A stretch of DNA of 56,904 bases from a virus (lineage: Duplodnaviria > Caudoviricetes), in the IMG/VR virus record IMGVR_UViG_3300024355_000518, positions 1 to 56,904 of that record; one strand, given 5' to 3'. This document shows positions 27,201 through 35,514 of the stretch, piece by piece; within the stretch, counting starts at the first letter, position 1; the number at the start of each line of letters is the position of its first letter. The position numbers were made by a program, and so were the translations under genes. A model generated the notes under the pieces. That model ran no database searches, had not been told where the DNA came from, and saw nothing but the letters and a program-made list of their open reading frames with translations.

Positions 27201-29290
27201 CTTTTTACAAGGTATCAACAAAGACGATGCCGTATGTCGGGTTAGATGGCTATATCGATTTTGTTGATTCCTACAACAATGATACCTTGACTGACGATAC
27301 CAGTGATGCCATAGCAGGGGTACTTTCCCCATCGGTAACTCCTGCTGGGTGGGATGAGCCGATGCGAGCCAAGTATGTGACGTCAGCGGGGAATAGGTTA
27401 GTGCTGGCGAATATTAAGGATTGGCCAACCCTTTCCGTTTCTTATCTTACTGCAACTTCTTTAATTAATACCGACTTCAACGGACAAAAGTTCCTCTTCA
27501 GAAAAGATAGCAGCGATACCGCTACCGATACTAATATGGTCGATAGGGTAACGTACGAGCTACGTTCTAGTGGTAGTGCTACTGTAGGGACGATTACGGC
27601 AGGAAGTCCCACCGGATTTACCTTTACTTGCAACTTTAGTGCGAGGACGCCCGTTGTCGGAGATTGGGTGTATCTTTACTTTACAAACTCCTTTTCTCAC
27701 CCCTTGACATGCTCCGGCTGGTGGCAAGTAGCTTCTGTTAGTGGTTCCTCAGGTGCTTATACTATAGGAATAAATACAGCAACTTCTGTTGTGGTACCTA
27801 TCATAGCATCTCACCCCATGCAAGTACTATTCTCAACAGCGGCTTACGATGTCCCAGTCAATATTGCAACTGACCAAAATATGGGAATGTTCAATGGTAA
27901 TTCATTATTAACACTAGCCCCCTCTACTACGATATTGAGACGGATTGGGATGGCGATAAACTCCACTATGAGGATGGTAGACCTTTCCGTTCACAATCAA
28001 TCTGCTTTCATTCCCTGGCTAGTAGCCCGTTCTGAATCGGATACTTTGGGTAACTTGATAGTGAAGCAACCTCGGGTAGAAGATACCTTACCCAGCGTCA
28101 CGATATCGGGCGGATTAACAAGTAACACATACGTTAATGGTAGTAAAGTAACGGCGTCTACTCCGATTAACGCTGCTATTACCGCCTACCCAAGTCGGCT
28201 ATTGGTAAGTTACAACAACTACCCAGAGATATTTGATTCCCCCTTTGTAACAGATGACAATGATTCCGTTTCTACTATTGATATCAACTCGTCTGACGGG
28301 CAAGAGATTACTGGCATCATTCCCTTCTTCGGGGAATCCGCTTTCGGTGCCGCCTTGCAAGGGGGCGTCATCGTCGTCTTCAAACAGAATAGTATATACT
28401 TGGTCAACTTGGACTATAAGAGGGAAGGTAGAAATCCTGTAGAAAGATTAGAGACGCAAGGCATCGGGTGTACTGCCCCATACAGTATAGCTTCGACTCG
28501 AGACGGGATAGCCTTCGCTAACGATTCCGGCATATACGTCTTACGGAGAACGCAACGGGTGGAATATTTGGGTAAGTATATGGAGAGGAAATGGCAGAAA
28601 GAAGTGGATACCTCTTACCTCGATATTATGCAAGGACATCACTACAATGTGGGAAGGCAGTACAAGCTATCGGTACCGATGATAGAAAATAGTACATCCT
28701 CTTACGCCGAGAATGGTGAAGTATATGTTTACAACCATACAAATGAAACAAATACTGAGCTCGGCGGATGGGCCAGGTATACCAACCATCCCGCTACCGG
28801 GTGGACTAACCTTTTCGACGATGCCTTCTACGCGAGCGTAAATGGGTCTATTTTGCGCGTAAACAATCAGGGGCTACCTCAAGACTATCGGGACGGTTCA
28901 GACGCGATAGAGATGGTTTTTCAAGGCCGGGCTAATGACTTCGGTCAGGCTGGCATCCGAAAGATAGTAAGTCATGTGATAGTGAATTACCGAAGTGGCG
29001 GTGTCAGCGATAATACTACGGTAGAAACGGCTCCCGATTTAATGAGACAATACGATACCACTACCCCGTTTACCGTAGTCAACATTCCCCCCGATAACGG
29101 GTTTAGTTCCTTGGCTGGACAAGATGTGACGGCAATCCGGCATAGTATATACAATAGACGGTGCATCTATATCACAGTAAAGATTATCAATAATGGATTG
29201 AATGAAGATATGGAAGTGGCGGGGATGTCATTTGTGGTAGCAGGACTAAACTCGAAAGGTATCAAGCAAGCTGCTGTTACTAAAGAGTAA
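24254..29290 (+). CDS. Large tail protein (tail tubular B / nozzle-like with inserted beta domains)
   Basis: 1678 aa. N-terminal DLVNADI.EGRIRKRKG and C-terminal propeller-like region (GQEITGI..VVFKQNSIY..GIGCTAPYSI..FANDSGIY), as in podovirus nozzle proteins. Confidence 0.7.
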   Translation: MPYQYTVVDEKAFPYGIDARSAENQIREGFIRDLVNADIIEGRIRKRKGFFSYAGNVPVRVTSLRYENPNKIYFTLDSSIDLSRVSSTPLIAYGRSNLSATTNPFPSSGGLRYYPSWETSLRKVFLANTTGSISSLQVEHNISTTNMFVGLALSTGSGTNLSGELISATDIVINNSTYDVTVDYTNGTNSAKNVFLYYLDQSPVAGSVYVQPGSLSSGNNTFTIPAATHNLSNYLITPQVYVRPTGGNWVQTTPDLFEIDTSNGGVEVQLNNINTAVYNEYKIILSIVGSTQAVNVSLNVGTNTITIPDIQSPFLFPALYTRSGNILSLVQPDVISFDDDTKLLSISYTNNSGALSGAFYYTYGNIRTNEISVTESGSPNLTTGTDTSPQLTLWGLDHADIYGSGKQVNRRGWVNHIDSYRSPSTTHLVAGLGGNFFAALGRGEMPSLLQPSIPTYYARLQGRLSSLTDIGPAFCDNSTPVARTRGYASFSSGGTNWATITKIQHQSGQTVRYYLSMPGLAITGGSTLADIISTTSGLEDYLTVKNMSHSKHNGTFKVVNVSTLVGDNQYIDVINSAITTSDYDDDGTRGLGGIFTDHLTFTSTNEFVEGDLLLSSSWGNETELVIKSTSALTSVVQNVYSYRELSSGLLITGQRTSDVIPLRTAANSPSTEYVVKGDILLTPAVPYPVQIVSIDTVNNKVTVDSPLSFYDDAANSIPFTIFKRWIPREMPLKDNGDNLINDKIPFYFTNDGYDNQSFLRSAMVQNNMYLTNGRDEVYKYDGNSIYRAGIIPWQPGLFSTVEATTAGIALAPAVANDGGGGAVIDLLGSRIKIDKTQAAFFSDGDTVLITDGTLSPVARYYVTIASRELEDTGNHYLFSFKEPLPFTTLGSGATVTMSKVYQARYYFRLNIRDENGVTISSAVTGAGDFYNRISPTDTAPNQQKVHIRLVGLPAWDNYDYNNKNIELEIYRTKWASSEISVPTFYKVSTKTMPYVGLDGYIDFVDSYNNDTLTDDTSDAIAGVLSPSVTPAGWDEPMRAKYVTSAGNRLVLANIKDWPTLSVSYLTATSLINTDFNGQKFLFRKDSSDTATDTNMVDRVTYELRSSGSATVGTITAGSPTGFTFTCNFSARTPVVGDWVYLYFTNSFSHPLTCSGWWQVASVSGSSGAYTIGINTATSVVVPIIASHPMQVLFSTAAYDVPVNIATDQNMGMFNGNSLLTLAPSTTILRRIGMAINSTMRMVDLSVHNQSAFIPWLVARSESDTLGNLIVKQPRVEDTLPSVTISGGLTSNTYVNGSKVTASTPINAAITAYPSRLLVSYNNYPEIFDSPFVTDDNDSVSTIDINSSDGQEITGIIPFFGESAFGAALQGGVIVVFKQNSIYLVNLDYKREGRNPVERLETQGIGCTAPYSIASTRDGIAFANDSGIYVLRRTQRVEYLGKYMERKWQKEVDTSYLDIMQGHHYNVGRQYKLSVPMIENSTSSYAENGEVYVYNHTNETNTELGGWARYTNHPATGWTNLFDDAFYASVNGSILRVNNQGLPQDYRDGSDAIEMVFQGRANDFGQAGIRKIVSHVIVNYRSGGVSDNTTVETAPDLMRQYDTTTPFTVVNIPPDNGFSSLAGQDVTAIRHSIYNRRCIYITVKIINNGLNEDMEVAGMSFVVAGLNSKGIKQAAVTKE

Positions 29291-29302
29291 TCCCGATTTA
29301 TG

Positions 29303-29330
29303 TTGACAGAATTCGGAAGGGCGATATAAT
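29303..29330 (+). promoter_or_regulatory. Near-consensus sigma-70 promoter reading into the non-coding GTAC array
   Basis: TTGACA-N16-TATAAT. Confidence 0.7.
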
Positions 29331-29380
29331 CAACTCATGGATTGTTTCTCTTCCGCTTCAAATATGTGCCACCGTAACAT

Positions 29381-29575
29381 ATAGTATATAGTACATATGT
29401 ACAGCTGTACTATAGTACATAGTAGTACCGTACCGAGTAGTATACTACTACGTAGTACTGTACATAGTAGTACAGTACAAAGGAGTACTGTACAAAGTAG
29501 TACTAGCCGAACTATGTCGTACCGGACTACGCTGTAACGGGGCTATGTCGTACCGGACTACGCTGTACCGGACTA
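29381..29575. repeat. GTAC-rich array with GTAC-N6-GTAC boxes and a 25-bp direct repeat
   Basis: 16 GTAC counted by hand in 29391-29568. CTATGTCGTACCGGACTACGCTGTA occurs at 29512-29536 and 29543-29567. Confidence 0.9.
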
Positions 29576-29611
29576 ACTAGTATCGGGGCCCCCCAGCGCT
29601 CCCGAAACTAC

Positions 29612-29640
29612 TTGACACTATTGTCCAAACGTGGTACAGT
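29612..29640 (+). promoter_or_regulatory. sigma-70-type promoter for the internal virion protein operon
   Basis: TTGACA-N17-TACAGT with an extended TG. Confidence 0.8.
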
Positions 29641-29664
29641 GATAAGAGACAAGAGGGGTAGTCC

Positions 29665-31947
29665 ATGGCAAAGTCTGTAACTTTATTTGACAAATTGAAT
29701 CAGAACCAGAACTCGACTCAGTCTGTGCAACAGCTATCCGCTAACCGCGGCTTGGCCGCTCCCCCCATTACCGCTTACGGTACCGGTCTCATTGGTGGTA
29801 CCCAAGACCAGGCAAAGATGGCTGGTACCCCTGCCCAAAGAGGGTCGGTGATAGCTGCCGCTACCAAAGTAGTTGCCCCTGGTGGGGAGACCGAACAAGA
29901 AAAAGAAGCTGTCCTAGCCGAGGCTAAGGAGACAGCGGAAGATGTTGCCAAAAAACAACTCGCCTCCAAGTACATGGAGTCATTAGGTACTTACGGTGCT
30001 AAAGTCAATGAGTGGATTGAATCATCTAAGAAGAGGATGACTGAGCAAACTGCCGGTGTGATAGTAGATGTTTCAGACCAAATTCTAGCCGGGTTAGACA
30101 CTGCCCAAAAAGATATTGCAATCTCTCTCATCAAGAAAATCGCCACCGAACCAGATGCCCAAAAGAGACTCGACCTCGAATTGGAACTAAACGTCGTCCT
30201 CAAGAGGGATATCAACTCAATCCTCAATGCTGAGCAAAAGGGCCAGTTGTATGACTCGATTGCCAAGAGTATTGCAGAAGCTACTACTGCCGGCGAAAAA
30301 GCCATCACTGGAGAAGATAGCAAACTGACAGCTGGTGACTTGGCTCAGCTTGGGACTACTATAGAAGATTTGTCCTCCCTCCTTAATGTACCAGTTGCTG
30401 ACTTGACCAATATGACGTTGGGCCAGTTGCAAGATAAGATTGAACAAGTTACTCAGCAACAACTTGGTACCACGGCTACTATTCAAGGTGCGATGGAAGG
30501 TGCCTTTAGTCCGACAGAGAGGGCAGCGTTGCGCCGCTATTTGCGCGATGTGCAAGCGGTCGGAGTAACTGGTGCCGAAGCGGGAGTTGCCAACATCGTT
30601 GACCAAGTGGACAAGCAGAATTCAGTAACATTTGCTGGCAAGAAATATACTATAGATGAACTTTTTGGTTCCCCTGCCTTGACTAAAGTATTTCAAGATG
30701 CCATCACTGAGATAGAAGGTACTACGAAAACAGGTCCCACTTTAGAGGCGCTAAAGAGGGATGAACCTGCGCTATATCAATGGCTCATGGATAATTACAA
30801 CGGTGTCAAATCTCTCATCGAAAAGAGTACTACCACCTCCACAGAATTTGGTACTATTCAAACAGCCAATAAAGAAGCGTTGGGCGAGATTGGGAAGTCG
30901 CAGCCAGAGCTGGCCAAAAGTTTAGGCTTTGACCCTAATCAGCTCCGTTCGACTAGAATTGACCCCAATCAACTCCCACCCGCATTCCAATTCATTAATA
31001 ACGCTCCGGCAGAACATAGAGCAACACTAGCCGCAAATTTACGTTCCCTTTCTGATGTAGCGGGTATCGACATGATAAAGGGACTTGATGCCGGACAACT
31101 CAAACAATTAGACCTTACCAATCCCTCCGGTCCATGGGCCCAGTATAGTAATGCGGTCAAAGATGTCAATCGGATGGCCAATCTGACAACTATTGACGAC
31201 ATCATCAAAGAGATATCTAGCGGAGATGAGTCATTAGACCAGTTGGATAGCGAGCTTACCGGCGATTCTTTAGCTATCGCTTTAGGTGTCCCAACCAGTA
31301 ATGTTAGAGAACTGGATGTTAGCGGTGATGGTGTTATCGACGACAAAGACGTTTCCTTACTAAAAGAAAAATACAAAGGTTCGGTACCTCCGTTAGCTGA
31401 TTTCTTGAAAGGGGCCAAGCCTCAATCGGCAACTAACACCTTTACCCTCTCCCGTCCCAAATCCAATAATCCAGTACTAGACAACGTTTTCGCTACTATT
31501 AGTCCTCTCCTCCGAGACAAGAATGTTGATGAAGGGGAAAGGAACACTATCCGAAACTTGGCTTCCCCAATGAGTGAAGATGAATTGACCTCTTTAGTAA
31601 ACAAGGATTGGAGCAAGGTACCGGGGGGAAGCGTCATTAGGGAAACGATGCAAGCCACATTGCAGGGCAAGATACAGGAAAGGTTGGCTAAAGAGGAAGA
31701 GGAACGGAGACGGAGAGAAGGAGAGGAAGAAGAGCGGAAAAGAGGGGAAACACCAAAGTTTGTAGAGAAGGGCCAAGCCGTACTCAAGAAACTTCCGGTA
31801 GTTCTCGATACTATATCTGAGAAGTGGGAAGCCGGTACCCAGCCTATTGCCGGGATAGCGCAAGCGGCAGAAACTGGGGCAGGATTAGTAGGTAAAGTAA
31901 TAAAATCCGCTCCAGGTAAAATCAAGAAAGGTAAGATAAAAATATAA
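29665..31947 (+). CDS. Internal virion (ejection) protein
   Basis: 760 aa, helical and A/Q/E-rich, follows the tail genes as in podoviruses. Confidence 0.6.
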   Translation: MAKSVTLFDKLNQNQNSTQSVQQLSANRGLAAPPITAYGTGLIGGTQDQAKMAGTPAQRGSVIAAATKVVAPGGETEQEKEAVLAEAKETAEDVAKKQLASKYMESLGTYGAKVNEWIESSKKRMTEQTAGVIVDVSDQILAGLDTAQKDIAISLIKKIATEPDAQKRLDLELELNVVLKRDINSILNAEQKGQLYDSIAKSIAEATTAGEKAITGEDSKLTAGDLAQLGTTIEDLSSLLNVPVADLTNMTLGQLQDKIEQVTQQQLGTTATIQGAMEGAFSPTERAALRRYLRDVQAVGVTGAEAGVANIVDQVDKQNSVTFAGKKYTIDELFGSPALTKVFQDAITEIEGTTKTGPTLEALKRDEPALYQWLMDNYNGVKSLIEKSTTTSTEFGTIQTANKEALGEIGKSQPELAKSLGFDPNQLRSTRIDPNQLPPAFQFINNAPAEHRATLAANLRSLSDVAGIDMIKGLDAGQLKQLDLTNPSGPWAQYSNAVKDVNRMANLTTIDDIIKEISSGDESLDQLDSELTGDSLAIALGVPTSNVRELDVSGDGVIDDKDVSLLKEKYKGSVPPLADFLKGAKPQSATNTFTLSRPKSNNPVLDNVFATISPLLRDKNVDEGERNTIRNLASPMSEDELTSLVNKDWSKVPGGSVIRETMQATLQGKIQERLAKEEEERRRREGEEEERKRGETPKFVEKGQAVLKKLPVVLDTISEKWEAGTQPIAGIAQAAETGAGLVGKVIKSAPGKIKKGKIKI

Positions 31948-32858
31948 TGGCTACACTACTTGATACATTACAGAAGACATTGGGTCAGGCTACCGCTGGT
32001 GAGGCACCAGCTGCCGGTGAAGAGACTGCCACTGTGCAAAGACTCCTCTCAGCGAAGAGAGGTATCGTTGGTGGTAAGAAAGCTCCTGCCGGATTGGCTA
32101 TCGGCGAGATGGCAGCGCAAGCCGCGGTCCAACCAGAGATGGCTAAGCTGGGACAAGCTGCCCAACTGGAATCAACTTCTTTACTACAGCAAGCAGCTGG
32201 GGAAGCAGAAGAATTACAGCAAAGAAAACAGAATATTGCCGCCCAACGTCAGCAGTCTCAACTTCAGGCCAGAATACAAAGTGATGCCATACTACGGGGA
32301 TTGGAACAGGGGAGAGCTACCCTGTCCGAAGCGCAACGCAGGAGTGGGATGGAGCAAGTAGCTGCTCAATTGCGCCTCTCCAATGATGCCTACATCACTA
32401 ACCTCGAAATGGAAGGTGCCCGTTCCCGTCTCCAAAACAAGATAGACTTTGACCAACAACTCAAGACGGACATCATGGCGGATAATATTGCTTTGCTCAA
32501 TTTAAAAATAGGCAATCAAAGAATTATCGATATGAGTGATGCCGAGTTTAGGAAAGAGTTGGCCAAGATTGATATCAATGCCGCTATCGCCATGCAGAAA
32601 GAAAATGCTGCCTTCTCTGCCCAACAGCAACAAATACAAGCATTTGGCCAGGCTGGTACTACCGCTATCGGTGCTTATGGTAAATACTCCGAAGCGCAAG
32701 AGGCCGGCAAACTTGACCCCGGGTATCAAGCTTACCGTACTAAATCCCTACAACAGGGAATACCGGAAAGAGATTTAGACAGTTATGAGAGATATTCGTA
32801 CAAAGAACAATTGAAGGGCGGACCTCCCGCTCCTGGTACCCCGTTAGGGAGGAAGTAA
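31947..32858 (+). CDS. Internal virion (ejection) protein
   Basis: 303 aa Q/A-rich coiled coil, translationally coupled. Confidence 0.6.
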   Translation: MATLLDTLQKTLGQATAGEAPAAGEETATVQRLLSAKRGIVGGKKAPAGLAIGEMAAQAAVQPEMAKLGQAAQLESTSLLQQAAGEAEELQQRKQNIAAQRQQSQLQARIQSDAILRGLEQGRATLSEAQRRSGMEQVAAQLRLSNDAYITNLEMEGARSRLQNKIDFDQQLKTDIMADNIALLNLKIGNQRIIDMSDAEFRKELAKIDINAAIAMQKENAAFSAQQQQIQAFGQAGTTAIGAYGKYSEAQEAGKLDPGYQAYRTKSLQQGIPERDLDSYERYSYKEQLKGGPPAPGTPLGRK

Positions 32859-33718
32859 TGGCGGAAACATTGACACAATCTGGGTTGGCTACTATGGCGG
32901 GACAAATGCCAATTCGCAATAAAGAGATAGCCGAACAACAGAAAGCGGCCCGTTTGTTGCAGCTCCAACAAGCGGTATCACAGATGGGACCCCAACAAAT
33001 GGGTACCCCCCAACAAGCCCAACAGATGGGGGCATCAATGGCGGGGCAAGCTGCTGCTGAGAAGGTGGGGCGCGCCCAAGAAATGATACAGACGTCATCT
33101 CAGTTGGGGAAGATGGGACAGAGGGAAACACAACTGGCTGCCCAAAGAGAACTGGGCGCATTGCAATCGCAGGCTCAACAAGAGCAACTCAATCAAACTG
33201 CTAGATTGGCCGCGCTAGATGATTCCGCGAAGAGGGAAATGTTTGATGCCGAGCTCCAGTTCAAGAAAGACCAAGCCAATAATACCCTCTTTTCTGAAAG
33301 GCAATTGGCTGATTACCAGCGACTAAAAGCTTCCCGCTCCCAAGACTTCCAAAACTGGGCGCAGAGAGCGGAACAACTTCACGCCAGAAACGTGGCGACA
33401 TTGGAAGTGATTAATGCTAGGATAAATGAAGCACTCCAACAAGAGTACCGTACCGGTAAACAAAAACTAGACCAGGAGACGACGAGGCAACTGGGTGAGA
33501 TGAAACGAGATGTTGAAATGAGACTAGCGAAAGCGAGGGCGAAAGCTGCCAATACTGCCGCTTCATGGGGCGCTGTAGGTAGTGTCCTCACAGCAGCCGG
33601 AACGGCAGCTATGTTTGTTCCAGGCGGCCAGCTAATTGGAGCGGGAATGATGGCAGCCGGTACCAGTGCCACGATGTACGGTTCCCAACAGGCGGCCAAA
33701 GAAGGGAGTAATGTGTAA
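32858..33718 (+). CDS. Internal virion / DNA transfer protein with a Gly/Ala-rich hydrophobic C-terminus
   Basis: Q-rich coiled coil, then WGAVGSVLTAAGTAAMFVPGGQLIGAGMMAAG. Confidence 0.6.
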   Translation: MAETLTQSGLATMAGQMPIRNKEIAEQQKAARLLQLQQAVSQMGPQQMGTPQQAQQMGASMAGQAAAEKVGRAQEMIQTSSQLGKMGQRETQLAAQRELGALQSQAQQEQLNQTARLAALDDSAKREMFDAELQFKKDQANNTLFSERQLADYQRLKASRSQDFQNWAQRAEQLHARNVATLEVINARINEALQQEYRTGKQKLDQETTRQLGEMKRDVEMRLAKARAKAANTAASWGAVGSVLTAAGTAAMFVPGGQLIGAGMMAAGTSATMYGSQQAAKEGSNV

Positions 33719-35514
33719 TGGCAGAGAAGTTATCAAAACTAGTTGGTAAATTTGGCACTAAAGGTGAGGGTACTTTAGCCAGCAAGCTTGGTGCAGCTAT
33801 GGGCGAGCAGGCTATTACAGCAGAACAAAAAGCAGATGAAGTTTTTAATAAGTTGGTTTGGGCTCAAGAACGAGGCGGTCCCGAAGTTTTTAGTCATGAC
33901 AAAGATGCTATTGTCACATTAGCAAAACAAAATCCAAAATTAAGTACTGGTGAGTTGGAAAATTTATATAAACAACAAATAACTCCCCCTCCCCCAGAAC
34001 CGACAGTAACTGCCCTACCTCAAGAAAAGTATAAGGGAACTGCTACCCCTCCACCAGTCACCATGGAAAATAAACCATATTCCAGTACTTTTGATGTGAG
34101 TCCTCCTAGTACCGCTCAACCAATGCCAGCTGCCCTCCCAACCGTACCCAAGTCTGGTGACATGGTAAAATTAAAAAACAAATCGGGCACTTATAAAGTT
34201 GTGGGCAGTGCGGCCGGTGGCGCTCTCCTGTTATCGGATGAGCGAAACACGGTACAGGCAGTGAAGACGGAAGATATTGAAGGTATGGAAAAGGAGAAAC
34301 CAGCTGAACCGGTTCCTCCTTCGGGGGGTACGGTACCAACTGTACCGCCTCCTGATAGTAGTTTAGCTGATAAAATTAGTCAAGGGGAAAAAGGAAAAGA
34401 AGTTGAACAAAGCGATATCAACAAAGCACTTACTGAAACTTTAAAGCTACAACAAGCGTTAGGTGCTGGAGAAAAAGTAGACCGAAGCAAGTTGGATGGC
34501 TTTTTAAACGAATTGGAAAGTATAAAGATACCCGAGCGAACTGGGGACCCCAACGCGGAAAGATTTTTACAACAGAGGGCGGAAGCGTATCGTGCCTATC
34601 AAAGGAAAGCTGATAGGAATGAGTGGCTCGACCTAGCCCAATCTTTAGTAAATTCCATTACTCAATTTGCTTCCGCGCAAGCTGCTATGGGTACCCGTTT
34701 CGCCGGTGGTCAGATACCATTGGCTGGTGTCGATTACGCGGGGAGGACTGCCCGTGCTGCCAAAGAATATGAAATGGAACTTGGTGGGGTAGAGGCAGCG
34801 GAAAGGGCGTCTGCTAAAAAATATGAGCAAGATTTCCTTAATGAAAAAGACAAGATGGAAGGAAAAAAGACTGGACTCCTGGCCAAGATATCAGCCGAGA
34901 AAGATGCCTTAGACGAGGCACAAAGGACAGCTAGTGCCAAACAACAACAATCAATTACATTATTTAAACTGATAACTGATGCCAAGTTGGAAGATGCTAA
35001 AGTAACCGCTACTAAAAATAAACTTGCTCAAGATGTAATAGCAGACCAAAAAAAGCAAACAAAAGAAACGGTAAAAACTAACATCAATTCACTTGAAGAT
35101 GAAGCTAAAAAATTACAAAATCAATTAGCCGCCGCTAATGCCTTAGCAGCTGGTAATATTAAAGATAAAGATGATAACAAAGTAAAACTAGCCAATGCTT
35201 TGCAATTGCCAGTAGATACTATTGAAACGTTAATAAGTCAACAAGAGGGCTTCTTTGCCGGCACTAAAATGCAAAATTATGCTAAAGGCATTGCTGCTGA
35301 TACACAAACAAAGTTGACACAAATTAATAGTAGTTTAAATAAGTTAAAAAGTTTATCCGGTGAGGGGGCCCCTGCCACCGTTACTCCCCCTACCCCCTCG
35401 ACAACTCCACCTCCTTCTGGTACAGTGGAGATGGTGGACCCGGAGGGTAGAACATTAAGGGTACCAATTAGTGAAGTTGCCAGGCTAGAGGCACTTGGTG
35501 CCAAGAGGAAATAA
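33718..35514 (+). CDS. Internal virion protein
   Basis: 598 aa with Pro-rich linkers, coiled coil and C-terminal VEMVDPEGRTLRVP..LGAK motif. Confidence 0.6.
   Translation: MAEKLSKLVGKFGTKGEGTLASKLGAAMGEQAITAEQKADEVFNKLVWAQERGGPEVFSHDKDAIVTLAKQNPKLSTGELENLYKQQITPPPPEPTVTALPQEKYKGTATPPPVTMENKPYSSTFDVSPPSTAQPMPAALPTVPKSGDMVKLKNKSGTYKVVGSAAGGALLLSDERNTVQAVKTEDIEGMEKEKPAEPVPPSGGTVPTVPPPDSSLADKISQGEKGKEVEQSDINKALTETLKLQQALGAGEKVDRSKLDGFLNELESIKIPERTGDPNAERFLQQRAEAYRAYQRKADRNEWLDLAQSLVNSITQFASAQAAMGTRFAGGQIPLAGVDYAGRTARAAKEYEMELGGVEAAERASAKKYEQDFLNEKDKMEGKKTGLLAKISAEKDALDEAQRTASAKQQQSITLFKLITDAKLEDAKVTATKNKLAQDVIADQKKQTKETVKTNINSLEDEAKKLQNQLAAANALAAGNIKDKDDNKVKLANALQLPVDTIETLISQQEGFFAGTKMQNYAKGIAADTQTKLTQINSSLNKLKSLSGEGAPATVTPPTPSTTPPPSGTVEMVDPEGRTLRVPISEVARLEALGAKRK

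Noticed and set aside
29415-29503. NtcA sites (GTA-N8-TAC) implying a cyanophage
   Set aside because: The boxes fit the pattern formally, but they sit downstream of a promoter in a tandem array, I see no cyanophage auxiliary genes, and FliA-type promoters point to a flagellated host.
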